The notes: generated from the letters alone by a model not told the origin. DNA of 64,000 nt from Balanoglossus misakiensis (GCA_040954595.2 CM082587.2:9181403-9245402), one strand, 5' to 3'. Shown: positions 29,212-42,264, numbered from the stretch's first letter. Translations and numbers: made by a program.

Positions 29212-32200
29212 GAGAAATTTGTATAGCGCCAGTATCTATAACAAGTGTCACACTCAAAGGCGCTTGCGCTCATTGGCCCACACCATATGCTCTTGCGAAA
29301 AAATGCGTCTTCAGTCTTTTCTTAAAGATGCTCAAACTTGGAGTGTGGCGTATGTCTTGTGGCAGAGAGTTCCAGAGTTTCAGTGCAGCATGAGAGAATG
29401 CTCGGCCACCGTATGATGATTGTTAGTATCGAAGTATCTTGAAGATGTAACAGTAAGGCATTCCACAAATGAGGACTGCACAAATGGAAAATGGCGCAGT
29501 GCGACTAATGGGTTGATGTAAATTGATTTCACTATTTGAATGCGAGTGTAGAGTGGCGACCTGTAGCATTTTCTCACCTTTACTTCATGTGCCATTACAA
29601 AAAGATTACATGTACGGAAAAAAAAAAACCAGTACTTGGCTTCACCTTACATTACATCATACTTACTGGCTGTGTTGCGTATTGGGACACACCTCTGGGC
29701 CACGCAGATGTCAATAAAATATCCACTCCTTTGAATGTTGAACTGGATTTACATGATTCAATCAAACTTGTAACATCGTCCTCTGTGAAATGGTAATGTT
29801 TCTTGTCCATTCCTTGGGGTTGTTCTGTACCACTGATGTATGCCACTTGTAAACCAGATGTACTTGAAAATACACCCTTTTTACCTGAAAATGATATGAT
29901 CAGACTATAAAAATACAAGGTACATAAGGGGAGTCAAGTCTAAGCTGCAATATTGAGTCAGTATTCATGTAAACATCAGCGTACTGGATTTGAAGTACAC
30001 CACAATGTACTTCCAACATCTGAACTCCATAAGTATGTACACACTTCAAGTATGAGAAATGCTTTTTTACAATTTTTTTGCTTGTTCTTTAGAAAAAAAC
30101 TTACTAGTACTGTGGATAATATCCCCAATGTGCCCACTAAAATTGTCAACCTCTTTTTCTTGATTAATTAAGAACTGCTTTGCATCAACATCAGCAAAGC
30201 TATTGGATATGACAGTATTCATTTTTCAGCAGAGTTTGTCCAACCTACAGATCTTATCAACCCTTTAGAGTGCAAAGAACCCATTCCTGCATGCAGAGTT
30301 GAGTGATATCGTTGTACGTTAAGCTGTCCCCATAATATATGTCTCTGATAACATACAGAAGCAGAGGGAGCTATTTCAAGTACTCCAATCCAGATCTCAA
30401 ATGACCTCTGTCTTGTCATTCAGAATAAACCTATTTCACTTCATCCAGCTACAAATGCCCTCCACACACACATCAAAGGAGAAATGGACATCCTCTGGCG
30501 TACATCTGTTTACTGTCTCTTACAGGCCATGTAATCAAATCTGTATTGCCATAATCTAACATGTCTTAAAGATGGTCTTAGGCGATCTCCCCAGCATAAA
30601 ATCAGTGGTGGTTCTACAATAGAATCAGCAGTTGGCATTCAATATCACTTCTTTCGGGGAGTTCAACCACACTAGTCCTAACTTTGAAACTAAATATGAT
30701 AAATGCTAACTGGAAATATTGCTTTCTTACACTTGTTATGTTTACACATATGCATATTTATGCTTCGCAATCACTCTTTCAACCAAAGCTATACAGACTA
30801 ATCAAATTTCTCAAATTGCAGGAATGATGTTATTACTGAATTCATTCAACAAAAGACAATATATACAACTTACCCAAGTGTATAATGTTCTGTGCTAGTT
30901 CTCCTTCCTCAGAATCATTAAATACGGCATTGTGTTCTTGCAGATTTGAACCAAGAATGTATGTGGGAATGGGTGCTGGAAAAATGATAGATTTTGAGAA
31001 TTTTAACACGACAGGTAATATCAAATGCCAAAGTCAAGGACTGATTGGTGTGGCTCACCTGAGATTAGACATTTCAAGGTGACACATAAAACCTACAGAC
31101 CTTCCATAGATCAAGAAAAAGATTAATAGCAGATGCCAGTAACAGTTGCTTTTGGACTAAAAAACTCAATCTATCTTTGAGAGAAGACTTCTCTATGAAA
31201 ATATGGCCATTTTGGTGGTTATCCCTGAGAGTTGTCATGTATGCTATGTTTACTGTCTTAAAAGTAAGGCTTCAGGAGCAACATTCTTTCTATCAATAAC
31301 AGTATTTGGAAAAGTGGATTATTAATGGTTTCAACAAGTCTATACCATCATCCTTGAGAGTGTATTGATACATGTACCAGACCATACCACTCGGCCAGAA
31401 CTTGAACTGTACCATTCTGTGGTGGCCAGGGTTAGCGTTAGGGTTATGACTTTATTTAAAATGACGTTATTTTAAAACCAAAACTTTACTTTATTCACAA
31501 AACTAAATAACTTAATTCTTATACAGTCATAACCCTAACCCCTAATGCTAGCCTTTGCCACCATAGAATGGTAGAGTCCAAGATACAATTGGGAGCCAAT
31601 ACATCTTAGCAGCTGCGTTTGCCTGTTTAAAATTTCTGAGAATAAATTGTCTGATGTAGTAACCACAGTGCCTGTTGACAGTGCTGATAAAAGCCGATGC
31701 CATCCCCACACCCCATCCCTCCACACCACCCCACCCCATCCCTCCACACCACCCCATCCCATCCCTCCACACCACACCCATAGAATCCCAAGGACTGACC
31801 TTTTTCTGTTCCACTGACATACTTCCCCCATTCTGCTTCAGCTTGAGCCCCGTGGCCAAAGAAGTTACCGACACAAAACAGCATCTGAAAAATGCATAGA
31901 TTGATTGATTGATTGATTTTGTTATTTACACAGTGTTGTTTGAATAAAAGCATGTTCTACGTTGTCAAGACGTACCGTTATTGTCCTGTTGTAACTGACC
32001 ATTAAAAAAAGATCTCATCTCAACTGAGTTATGACCTCTAAAAGAATGATTCATTTGTAAGAACTTACCTCAAAAGGGCCAGCTTTTTTCTGAATTTTTT
32101 TTACTCTTGCATAAAGTTGATCCAATTTTCCCTCAACATCACCACTGACAAGACTGCAAAATTAAAATTAGTCAAGATTTTAGATGTAGCAATTCTGTGA

Positions 32201-33179
32201 GAGTATGGGATCGATTTGTTCTCATACTCTGATCCCACACTCTCAGCATGCCAGGAGTGTGAGAACACACAGACCTGTACGCAGGGCTTTAGGACAGCAC
32301 ACTGCCATATGGCATTGACTGTAATCTGTATACAATTTTTTAACCAGATTTGACACATGTGCATAAGACGATCGTCACCCAAGGGACAAAGTCTATCTCT
32401 CGCTGCCCTTTTTCCATTACTTAAGTTAGGTACAAGACACTGTTTATGTTATTGTACATGTGGATATATAGTACATCAACGTTCGACCACACAGAACTTC
32501 AATCCCATTTGTAGTATATGAGAGTAAAAATCTCCCCAAATGAATAAACGGTAGAGACCAATTATTCATTTTGGCGGGTTTTTCACTCTTCTGAAGTTGT
32601 GTGTGGTCTAAAGTTGATCCACTATAAATCCACATGTAGATGTGTCTTGTATGTTGTATCTTACTTATTGTAATGGACAAAGGGCAGCGAGAGATACACT
32701 TTGTCCCTTTAAGTGATCGATACCCCCGCTTTTCCCTTGCCTGTTGGCAGTATTAAATCCAACCTGATCAGAGGACCTTTGATTTCGATTACCATACTTT
32801 GATGACAAATTGACATACTCATGTTTAGCTGTGGTACGCAGCTGTACCGTTGGGGGGGGGGGGGTAATCTGCCCCCCCCCCCCCCACACACACAGCTAAC
32901 ACATGTTTAATATGGTAATATCGCAAGCCAGAGTCAGCTTCCTCCGAAGAAGTCGTGGCATACGACGATGGATACAGTGCATCGCAAAATTAGCCGCAGT
33001 ATGACGTACCGTTAATGGTACTGTGAACGCGGCAAAACTTGAATTTGCCCCGGTTTTCCGAATGGAACCTCGAGCTACACGGGTGGCGGTGAATGGCAGT
33101 GCTATTTATAATTAAAACAAATTCATGAAATTGCTTTATATCAAGAATAGATTTCTTACATTTTCATTTGTTCCTGCAT
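22392..33179 (-). CDS. CWF19L1: CWF19-like protein 1, complete 14-exon gene
   Basis: Exons: 33160-33179 (MQEQMKI), 32069-32153 ([18 protein letters not shown]), 31800-31884 ([10 protein letters not shown]), 30874-30975 (PIPTYILG), 29667-29884 ([14 protein letters not shown]), 28569-28772 ([18 protein letters not shown]), 27678-27806, 27127-27247, 26248-26333 ([19 protein letters not shown]), 25032-25124 ([18 protein letters not shown]), 24454-24570 ([13 protein letters not shown]), 23729-23842, 23147-23244 (FPLQFGR), 22392-22533 ([18 protein letters not shown]-stop). Phases are consistent throughout. Confidence 0.93.
23372..23577. mobile_element. Same TA-TSD MITE family, copy 4
   Basis: TA|CTGTAAAACGGGTTATTTT ... 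AAAATTACCCGTTTTACAG|TA. Confidence 0.8.
25259..25571. mobile_element. piggyBac-like MITE
   Basis: TTAA|CCCTAACGCTGC ... GTAGCATTAGGG|TTAA. Confidence 0.7.
27376..28012 (+). repeat. Two copies of a ~105 bp repeat end (27376-27483 and 27906-28011) flanking CWF19L1 exon 7
   Basis: tgccatgacagtatcagtttgaatgctgtcatggcaacacata..(CA)n..gccactgatcccataaggtccc appears twice. Confidence 0.65.
28098..28279. mobile_element. Tc1/pogo-like MITE
   Basis: TA|CCGTTAAAGTCATTTTATAAG ... CTTATAAAATGACTTTAACGG|TA. Confidence 0.8.
29164..29211. repeat. (ATCA)n microsatellite, possibly the tail of a short retroelement fragment extending to ~29410
   Basis: About 12 ATCA units, followed by tttgtatagcgcc..cagtctttttcttaaagatg..ggcagagagttccagagt, which resembles the reverse strand of an L2-like 3' end (by eye). 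Confidence 0.6.
32382..32708. mobile_element. Kolobok-like MITE
   Basis: AGGGACAAAGTCTATCTCTCGCTGCCCTTT ... AAAGGGCAGCGAGAGATACACTTTGTCCCT|TTAA. Confidence 0.65.
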
Positions 33180-33232
33180 GATTTTTGCTTCTCAGAAGAC
33201 GTACCAGAAGTTATATCCCAGGCCTTCTCAAT

Positions 33233-34417
33233 AGAGAGGTTTAGTTACACGTAAATACGTTCGATCAGTACGCGTAGCGTCATTGTCACGTGATAAGCAG
33301 AGGTCGCGTACGCGTAGAACAGACGTTCGGAACGGCAAGCGACGCTTCTACGCGTAATCATGATTACGTGTAACATTTTTTCGGAATTTCTCGATATTCT
33401 CTCTTTAATTTGAGCGATTGATCTCTGCAGTGCAATTGTGATGTAGCCAGCATCCATGTTATCTAAAAAAATCTGCCATATGTGCTAAAACCGGCGCTAT
33501 TTGGTGTTTTCAAAACATAAACACAAAAATGTATTCCCAAACTACGTTTTCAGTGGACGCCTCGACAAAGACATCGAAAAACTTCACTAAACTATCTTTC
33601 CACTGCAGTCAAGAAACTTATTGCAAGGGTGGTGATCTTAGAGAATATTCATCACTCACAAAATTTATTGAAGTGATAAATATTTGAATTTTCTATTGTT
33701 TTTAAATATTTTTGTTATTCAAAACGGACAACTAAACCGCAAAATTCACGCGTCGCTACGCATACGCGAACGCCACTGCCTGCCGTCAGACGTACGCGTA
33801 TTTACGTGTAACTAAACCTCTCTAATAGAGAGGTTTAGTTACACGTAAATACGTTCGATCAGTACGCGTAGCGTCATTGTCACGTGATAAGCAGAGGTCG
33901 CGTACGCGTAGAACAGACGTTCGGAACGGCAAGCGACGCTTCTACGCGTAATCATGATTACGTGTAACATTTTTTCGGAATTTCTCGATATTCTCTCTTT
34001 AATTTGAGCGATTGATCTCTGCAGTGCAATTGTGATGTAGCCAGCATCCATGTTATCTAAAAAAATCTGCCATATGTGCTAAAACCGGCGCTATTTGGTG
34101 TTTTCAAAACATAAACACAAAAATGTATTCCCAAACTACGTTTTCAGTGGACGCCTCGACAAAGACATCGAAAAACTTCACTAAACTATCTTTCCACTGC
34201 AGTCAAGAAACTTATTGCAAGGGTGGTGATCTTAGAGAATATTCATCACTCACAAAATTTATTGAAGTGATAAATATTTGAATTTTCTATTGTTTTTAAA
34301 TATTTTTGTTATTCAAAACGGACAACTAAACCGCAAAATTCACGCGTCGCTACGCATACGCGAACGCCACTGCCTGCCGTCAGACGTACGCGTATTTACG
34401 TGTAACTAAACCTCTCT
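33233..34417. mobile_element. Tandem dimer of a 591-bp TIR element (33233-33823, 33827-34417) with AAT TSDs, Pangu/Harbinger-like
   Basis: TIR AGAGAGGTTTAGTTACACGTAAATACG / CGTATTTACGTGTAACTAAACCTCTCT. AAT lies before, between and after the two copies, which look identical. Confidence 0.85.
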
Positions 34418-34491
34418 AATACTCAAAGTTGACCTTACCTGGGGCAGGGGTCAAAGGTTATAAACAGCGCCCTCGACGTGACCACCATCAT

Positions 34492-36585
34492 GGCTATTCT
34501 TGAAGCGTGAAGACTGTAACTTTACTTGAAAAGAGGCCGAATTCGAAAGAACTATGGCGCAGGCATCCTTGTGCAAGCTTCGAATGGCATCATTAACCTT
34601 GGAGCAGATTACAGGACGGATGGTACGTTGCTACCTCCATTAGCTGCAATGATTGTAGCGGGTGCTCCGGGAATCATTGCAGCTACTCCATGCTACAAGT
34701 CTGTGTGCTCTCGGTGTTACACGATAACGCCGGGAGCACACAGACCTGTACGCAGGGCTACTCCATGCTATGATTGACCACAGTCCCTCTGTAATACAGG
34801 GGCTGTGGATTGATCGATCTCTGTCCTTCCTGCATGGTAACTATTTGCATGGACGTCCATGCTATTTGTATCAGCATGGTCACAACAATGTGGAGTGACC
34901 GTGGTATCAGTTACTAATCCAGAATGCAAGCTATAAAATCCCTAGTAGAACCTGCTAATTAACTGATGAACTCATCAGCAGATTAAGTTGATAAAATAAA
35001 CACCCATGGAACCAATCATTGTAGAATTACAGATATATAATGCAATATGTACAGTGGACTTCATTAATTTATAGTGTGCTTTCTTCTTGGCCCAATCAAG
35101 TCTTACTTTGATTGATTAATTTTAGTGCCTTTCAATTTCAGGTATTTCCCCCCGCTAACAGTCTTTTGTCTATGCAAGTTGTACCAAGAACAACAAATTC
35201 AAGAACACTAGCTCATCACTTTACCAGGAAAGTCAACAATGCAAAACCACGCCAAGTAGACTTGTCATCACAGGCGCAGTATTCATCATATGATGATGTC
35301 ACCAGACTAAGGCAACAGTATGTTAGAGTTGCAGAGCAGCAGAGAGATGGCAAAGACAAGAACATCCTTGTCTATGAAGCTACAGCAACAAAATATCTTT
35401 GGGGTGCCTGTGCTGTCTTCTATGGAAGCTCTGTGTTAGCAATGGGCTTTTTGCCTTACAACATCAACAAGATTTTTTTATCAAGTGGACCGATCCTGTT
35501 CGATCAGAACCAGACTTTACTTGTGACAGTGCTAATAAATCTATGGGTCGTAGCACAACCTCTAGTCTTAAGAATGTTTTCAAAACGATACGTTATTCGT
35601 TGCTATTTTAATAAGGTTACTGATACTTACACATTTATTATGCAATCTTGGTTTCTGCTTTCCAAGAAAGTTAAAGTGAAACCAAGTGAGGTTTTAGATG
35701 TTTCACAAGGCAGTAGAAATTTTCTAACCAATTCGTTCACCTCATTCTATGCCAATGGAAGACCATACTTTGTTGTTTCTGACCGTTTTAAGCTGCCATA
35801 CTATTACAACCATCTGATGGGATATGAATAAGTAACAAAACTGCCTAGTTGACATCAAGCTTATTAAATCACTCTGCCTGCATGCCTGTTTAATCTACCA
35901 CTGTACCAGAAAGCAAATTTGATTTCAGTTCTGTGGGTCCAAGACCGACTTGTTTTGTCTACAGAACCGGCAGGGTACTTGTATGAATGCATGCATGTAT
36001 ATATGCATAATTTCTGTGCTTCACAATTCTTGTTGTAATGATCATTTTTTCAATGGTAAAAGTATAGAATAAAAATCTTGTATAATATACACAATAATAA
36101 TACGTCACAACATTTTGTAACATCACATGCACCCACAACACGTAAGGGTGGTGAAGTTGAGGTTTGTTGCTGTCTAGAATCTTATATCACCCAGTATGGT
36201 TTGATAATTTTCAAGCAAAAATGCCAGGTGGGCGTGTACCCAAAAGCCAGTCCAGTCGACTTTTTTTCGCCTTAGGGAATATATTTGAAGTATTTTATTG
36301 TGTAAAAAATATGTGAAATATTGCAGCTATAGAGGCTTTAACGGTCACAGGCAATGTTTGAAAATGCTCCTACGATAGAGATTTCAACTGGAAATCAACG
36401 GCATGGCACTGACACTTTTAAAAAAAATTTGCCTGTAGTGTTTCACAATGTTGCAGCTGGGAATTAAGCCCACAAAGTTACTGAGGGTGAACCTATGAAA
36501 ACACTAGTGAGCAGACAAGAATACTCACAAAAGTTGTCAATAAAACTGGCATCTTACACAGTCCTATGGAAACAAGGGAGACTTT
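34492..36585 (+). repeat. Segmental duplication block A (paralog 58128-~61645)
   Basis: Near-identical from ggctattcttgaagcg to aacaagggagacttt. Confidence 0.9.
34554..35831 (+). CDS. TMEM70: TMEM70-like mitochondrial membrane protein, copy A (exons 34554-34622, 35142-35831; 252 aa)
   Basis: Exon 1 MAQASLCKLRMASLTLEQITGRM|gtacgt, acceptor tttcag|GTA. Presequence-like N-terminus, two hydrophobic segments, and TMEM70-family motifs YVIRCY..TDTY, FTSFYA, YNHLMGYE. Confidence 0.75.
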
Positions 36586-39500
36586 AACACAACGCTGCTC
36601 AGATATTGGCAAATATATTCTGAGTGAAACACATGGCGTATCTTCCATAACTAGAACATGCCATAACACTCAATGGACATCAGATGTAGCTACATGCCGT
36701 AAGTACCTCACAGTTATTACTGATATTGATATAATGTCAATAGTTATGATATGTGTCAATAGTTATGATATAGTGGCGATGTAAATTCGCGTCTTGGTAA
36801 TTTGAATGACAATATTGAGCATGTAGATGACATTCCAATTAGGAAGGTCATTGATAATGTCTTTTATGAACGTAAATATAGGAAGGATGCCATTTCTGAG
36901 ATTGACTCTTGTTGTATAAGCAATCCAAATGATTTCTGGAACTACGTGAGTAAACTTGGTCCAGCTCGTAAGTCATCTATCCCTCAAGAAGTTTATGATA
37001 ACTCAGGTTCTGTAAGTAACAACTGTCACGACATTTTAAATGTCTGGTATAGAGATATTTCTGCTTTGTATCGTAAGTTAGAAAGTGAACATTTTGATGA
37101 CGAGTTCTATGTAAGAATGCTTCATCATAAGGAAGTCCTTGAACAACATATGAATGACCCTTTATATCTTTGTAACGACGATTTGAATAGGAATTTTACC
37201 CTGGAAGAAGTTCGGAACGTTGTAATGAAAACAAAGAGGGGTAAAGCCGTGGGTATTGACAACATACCTTATGCAGTATTACAGAATGAGGAATCACTAA
37301 ATGTTTTACAAAAGCTCTTTCAAATTTGTTTTGATTCCGGCAAAATTCCCTCTGACTGGAGAAAAGCCATTATAGTTCCAATTCCCAAAGGTACAACTGA
37401 TGATCGACGGTTACCACTAAATTATAGGGGGATAAGCTTGCAATCAGTTATTGCGAAATTGTACAGTTCAATTTTAAACAACAGAATTGTTAAATATTTT
37501 GACAAGGAGAATATTTTGGTTGACGAGCAGAATGGGTTTTGAAGTGACAGATCATGTGAAGATCACATTTTCACGCTCACTTCCATTATCAGAAATAGGC
37601 TTTCAAATGGTCTTTCTACTTTTGCTACTTTTATTGATTTAAAAAAAGCCTTTGATTATGTGGATAGATCTGCGCTTCTGTATAAACTATTACTCCATGG
37701 TATTGATGGCAAAATCTATAGCAGTATTAAGACAATGTACTCTGACACCTTATCATGTGTTAAGGTAAATGATATGTATACAGACTGGTTTACTACAAAC
37801 ATTGGAGTAAGGCAGGGAGACAATTTGTCACCCTCTTTATTTTCATTTTTTATTAATGACTTAGCAGTTGAGCTTAAATCATTGAACAAAGGTATTTCTA
37901 TTGATAACTGTAATATCTGTATATTGTTATATGCCGACGACATTGTCTTGATTTCGGATAATGAACTTGATATGCAAGCAATGCTTGACCATGTCGATAA
38001 TTGGTGCTCCAAGTGGCGTCTTCTAGTTAATTGTAGTAAATCAAAAGTTGTCCATTTTAGGAAAGAAACCATGATAAAAAGTGCATTTGATTTTCATCTT
38101 GGTGTAAATTCTGTTGAATATGCTCAGAAGTACAAATACCTTGGGATTGTTTTTAAGTGAATTTTTGGATTTTTCTGTTACTTCTGAAGCGTTGTCACAA
38201 GCTGCCAATAGAGCATCGGGTGCCTTGAATTCAAAAGTTAAAGTTTTGAAAAACTTTGGCTTTGAATCCTATACAAAACTATATAATGCATGTGTTACCC
38301 CTATACTAGATTACTGCTGTGCAATTTGGGGGTTTAGAAAACATGATAAATGTGATGTAGTCCAAATTCATAGGTTTACTCCAACTCATGCAATTATAGG
38401 TGATACTGGTTGGTACTCTTGTAGAAATCGCAGACATATTAACATGATTCGTTATTGGAATAGGCTTCTGGCCATGGACGAACAAAGACTTACAAAAAGG
38501 GTCTTCTTGTGGGACTTTGCTTTAAATGATTACAATAATTGGTCAAATGAAATCTGTCAGATTTTTGACATTTTAAACGTAGATGTGGAAAACCTATTGT
38601 ACATTAATATTCCTATGGTTAAAAGAAAGTTGTTATCAATGCTCGAGTCTGATTGGCTTGAGAATGCTAGACAAAAAGCTAAGTTACGTACTTATATTCT
38701 ATTGAAATCTACTTATAGTGCAGAAAGTTATGTTACGTTGAATTTGTCCCGTCGACAACGTTCGTTGACAGCACAAATTCGTGCCGGTGTATTGCCTCTT
38801 CGGATTGAAACTGGAAGATTTCGTCACGAGAGTTTAGATAGAAGGCTTTGTGAATTTTGTCAGAGTAGTTCTATTGAAAATGAGAGTCACTTTCTATTGC
38901 ATTGTCCATTTTATGATGATTTAAGGGTATCTTATATGAAATGTCTTACGGATGTACGAATTGGTGATATTCCAGACGTGGAAAAGCTGAAGTTATTATT
39001 TGAACAAATTAACGTTAGAAACACAGCAAAATATATCGAAAAAGCATTTCTTCGAAGGAAAGAAAGGTTGTATAGGCTCAATTAGCATGCATGATTTGTA
39101 CATTTGTCATTGTGTATTGTACACCCATCTTTTTCTATTTTTTGCTTGGATCTTTAAAGTAACATATAAGTCCATTGGGCTGGGAGGTTTTCCTATTCAG
39201 ATTATTATCTTCTCTGTAAAGAATTTGTAATTGACCTCATGTCACTATAATAAACTATCTATCTATCTATGATAACTGTAGTTAAATATAAGTCTTGATG
39301 AATCTGTGTTATTATTGCTGATGTGTATGTCTCTCCAGTAAGAGCAATATCTTAACAGTGACTGATGAATTGTAATTACTTGTTATTTGTATGATTACAT
39401 TGTAGTTATTAATTGACCTGAAAGTGAACAGTCTAATTAGAAGTGATAAACAATAGTGTCTGATTGATTTGGCTTTCATTGTTAAGCCTCATTAGTTATA

Positions 39501-41995
39501 TCTTTGAGGAGAAGGCAACATTAAGTTTTTAGCTCTTACATTGCCAATGTATTGGCCTAGGCACATCAAATTTTCACATTTCCTTATTAAAGACTGCTAT
39601 CCTGTTTTCATTTTCATTCAGATCAATCTGTTGGAGAAATCACATGAGAAGGTGGTTCTCCAAGAGAAGTCACAGAAGATGGTAGATTATTCGTTTATCC
39701 CTTAGAAAATACACTTTTCTATCTGGACTGTAAATCTCTATCACCTCGTGTCAGTCATCGTTCTCTGACTTGGTATAGAGGTAACAAGCGCAAGTCTTCC
39801 TACAGCATAAGAAATGGATACCAGCGACTCAGATTCAAACCTCCAAAAAATAAACACTCTGGTACATACACCTGTTGGTATGGAAGTACAGCACAACATT
39901 ATGTTACTTTTGAAATGCAAGGTATAACACATCAACTTTATCTCATGCCACAATTTTGATATGTTAATGTATAATTTCTTTATACAATATTTTGTGCTAA
40001 GTTCCATTGTGGTCTTGTGCATGCTTGTGGTTGCTACATGAGTTGATGCGATAGGTCGGGATATGAATCCCGTAAACTACATGTCAATTACTTGTACAAC
40101 ATGCAATACCACATATGAAACTGATGCATATGAAATGTTGGTGGTTCTTGTGTTGCTCTCTTATGCGGCCAAACAGTATTAGGTGCCTATTGGCTTACCA
40201 AATTAACCAAGGCTACATACTGGAAGGAGTGAATGAAATAGAATGCGGACCCAATTTTCGATGGTCAGATGGTGTTCCAACATGTAGGAGTAAGTATTCT
40301 ATTCGACTTGAATGTTAGTTATTTCATAATTTGTACTTGTTACGTACACTACACATTGTACGTCATTGAAAGATATTTTGAACTGATTCTTCTTTTACCA
40401 AAATAGATGAGAATGAATGCGGCAACGTCATGTGTGAAGAGTGGGAAATATGCACAGATAGATCTGGTGTAAAAGAATGTGCCTGTCGACCAGCAAGTCA
40501 TTGTGTAGAAGGTGATGATGAACATGTCTGTGGCACTGATGGCAGGACATATAGATCACTTTGTCGGTTAAATGCAATACGGTGTTTAGGGAGAGATGTT
40601 CAGAAGTCCTCAGATGGTGTCTGTTCTGGTGGTAAGTCATTTACTGTGCTCCAATTCAATACTTCTGGTCTAAATGTTACAGTATAGTCCTTGCAGCAAA
40701 TTTATAGCATACTGTATGCTGTACATATGCAGATGGTTCTTTTTTTCTTGTGAACTTGCTACAAGTTTGCTGCAAACTCCTTGCAGAAAACCTGCAGTAA
40801 TGACTCATCAATCATTTGTATTTAGAGATTTTCTTATCTTGTCTGCAGGTACAGGACAACCAGGTAGTGATGAAACAGAGGAGAGCTCTGAAGAAACAGA
40901 AGGTACAGGTGCAATGCATATATTCCCAATATACAATAATTAATCATTAATCTGTTGCATTGTTCCCTTTGGTTATCTATCCAACATCATTCAGAAGTTC
41001 CTTGCGACTTATGACATCATGCAGTAGGTTTCTTCTGAGCCTGTTGTCTAAAGATAGATTTAAACATATGCATATTGTCTAACCAGCACATGTGTACATG
41101 TACTTTACTGTACATGTGTTCTTTGATGCCTGCTGGCTTGGGTGGAATATGGTTACTATTAAAATGGAGGAATCACACTCATCTTCAATGTTGCCACACA
41201 CATTTGAATCATAAAACTTTATGCATAAGTGAGCATACCAGAAAACTAAATGCATCGTTGTTGTTTTCATTTTCCAGAGAGCTCAGTAGATGAAACCTTT
41301 GTTGGTGGTGAAGAATGTACTCGATCATGTCCTCCAGATACAATTGAGATTGCCTGTGAGCGTGCAAGACAGGGTCATAATTTTGGTAAGTTTCTAATTT
41401 TGGTTTTATTTTAATTGTGTTTGATGGAGCTAGTCATTCATTCAGGATAGTTTGTATATTACTAGGTCTGTATACACCTATATGTGAAACATTATTCTTG
41501 GAAACGTCAATTCGAGGCTGATCAAACTCCCCCCCCCCCCCCCCCAGCATCCATTCCATGGCAGATGTGCAAACTTTTTCTTTGACATTCATGCAATCAT
41601 ATTATTTTTGTGTTATTTCTAATGTTTGGAAATTATAAAAATAAATTATGTTAATACTCTTATTTCACATTGCTTTTCCCACAGTTCTTTTTGGTAATCT
41701 CTCTCAAGTGTTAGAAATGGAGGCAAACATATTTTACACCTTTGCAGTCAAGAGAAGCATTCCAATAGATGACAGACCCATTCAATTTGTAGAAGTTGTG
41801 CGAGGACCAGTACGGAGACAGAATGGATGTCAGTGTCCACAGATTGAAAACCGAGGGTCAGTCTATGTCATCTTTGGCACAATTGCAACAGATGGTACAA
41901 GTCAGCTGCAGGTGGAAAGTCATAACTATGCAGCAGTGTTGAACAATGAAGAAATTACACGTCTAACAACAGTGTGCCCAGCTTTGTTCGAATAG
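36586..41995 (+). pseudogene. 5'-truncated, disabled copy of the CCP-Ig-Kazal-NTR (LEV-9/hig-like) gene
   Basis: Starts mid-CCP exon (36586-36698). Ig exon 39622-39921 has TGG>TGA at 39645. A ~0.7 kb deletion at ~40203 removes one CCP exon and half of the next. Kazal 40407-40631, linker 40849-40902, 41278-41385 and last exon 41685-41995 are nearly identical to 52312-53897. Confidence 0.8.
36771..39270 (+). mobile_element. 5'-truncated non-LTR retrotransposon (RTEX-like LINE), degenerate
   Basis: Endonuclease remnant GDVNSRLG. RT motifs NYRGISL, EQNGF, GVRQGDNLSP, LLYADD, KYLG. C-terminal LRIETGRF..RLCEFC..ENESHFLLHC. In-frame stop at 37540, frameshift near 38155, tail aataaa(ctat)n, possible TSD tatgata. 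Confidence 0.85.
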
Positions 41996-42203
41996 AATTA
42001 GGTGCTCGCAAATTTCCTACTATTGCTCACTCAGAATATTACACAGAGATGATATATTTTTCTGCCACCTGTACAAAACAGTTTGGCGAATATCAAAAGT
42101 TTTTTTAAAAACTGAGTTGTACAATTTAATCTTGAAATTAACATGTCCGTCAGCCAGTGCAACACTCTTTAAACTGAAATGGATCATTCAGCCTCATTTA
42201 TTG

Positions 42204-42264
42204 TAGTCTAGAATCTATCCGTTCGTAGTCGCATTCACCCTACGAACGGATAGATTCTAGACTA
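42204..42264. mobile_element. 61-bp hairpin MITE, TAG..CTA termini, 9-bp TSD (AcademH-like); duplicate at 54109-54169
   Basis: catttattg|TAGTCTAGAATCTATCCGTTCGTAG..CTACGAACGGATAGATTCTAGACTA|catttattg. Confidence 0.75.

Noticed and set aside
31425-31550. Interstitial telomere or chromosome fusion site
   Set aside because: Only 2-3 degenerate units, inside a TIR element with a second copy at 17533.
31535-31899. Gly/Trp-rich and Pro/His-rich ORFs
   Set aside because: Low-complexity (ccaca/cccat) repeat next to CWF19L1 exon 3.
33245-34051. Duplicate 70-aa ORFs
   Set aside because: Short ORFs inside the tandem MITE copies with no recognisable domain.
34526-34777. 83-aa ORF (and 58162-58437) as a separate gene
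   Set aside because: Wrong-frame overlap of TMEM70 exon 1 running into intronic hairpins.
34960-34982. CTGATGA motif as a hammerhead or C/D snoRNA box
   Set aside because: Only a tiny local hairpin (ctgatgaactcatcag); no GAAA core or convincing box pair.
35142-35831. TMEM223 or TMEM186 identity
   Set aside because: The C-terminal motifs TDTY, FTSFYA and HLMGY fit TMEM70 better.
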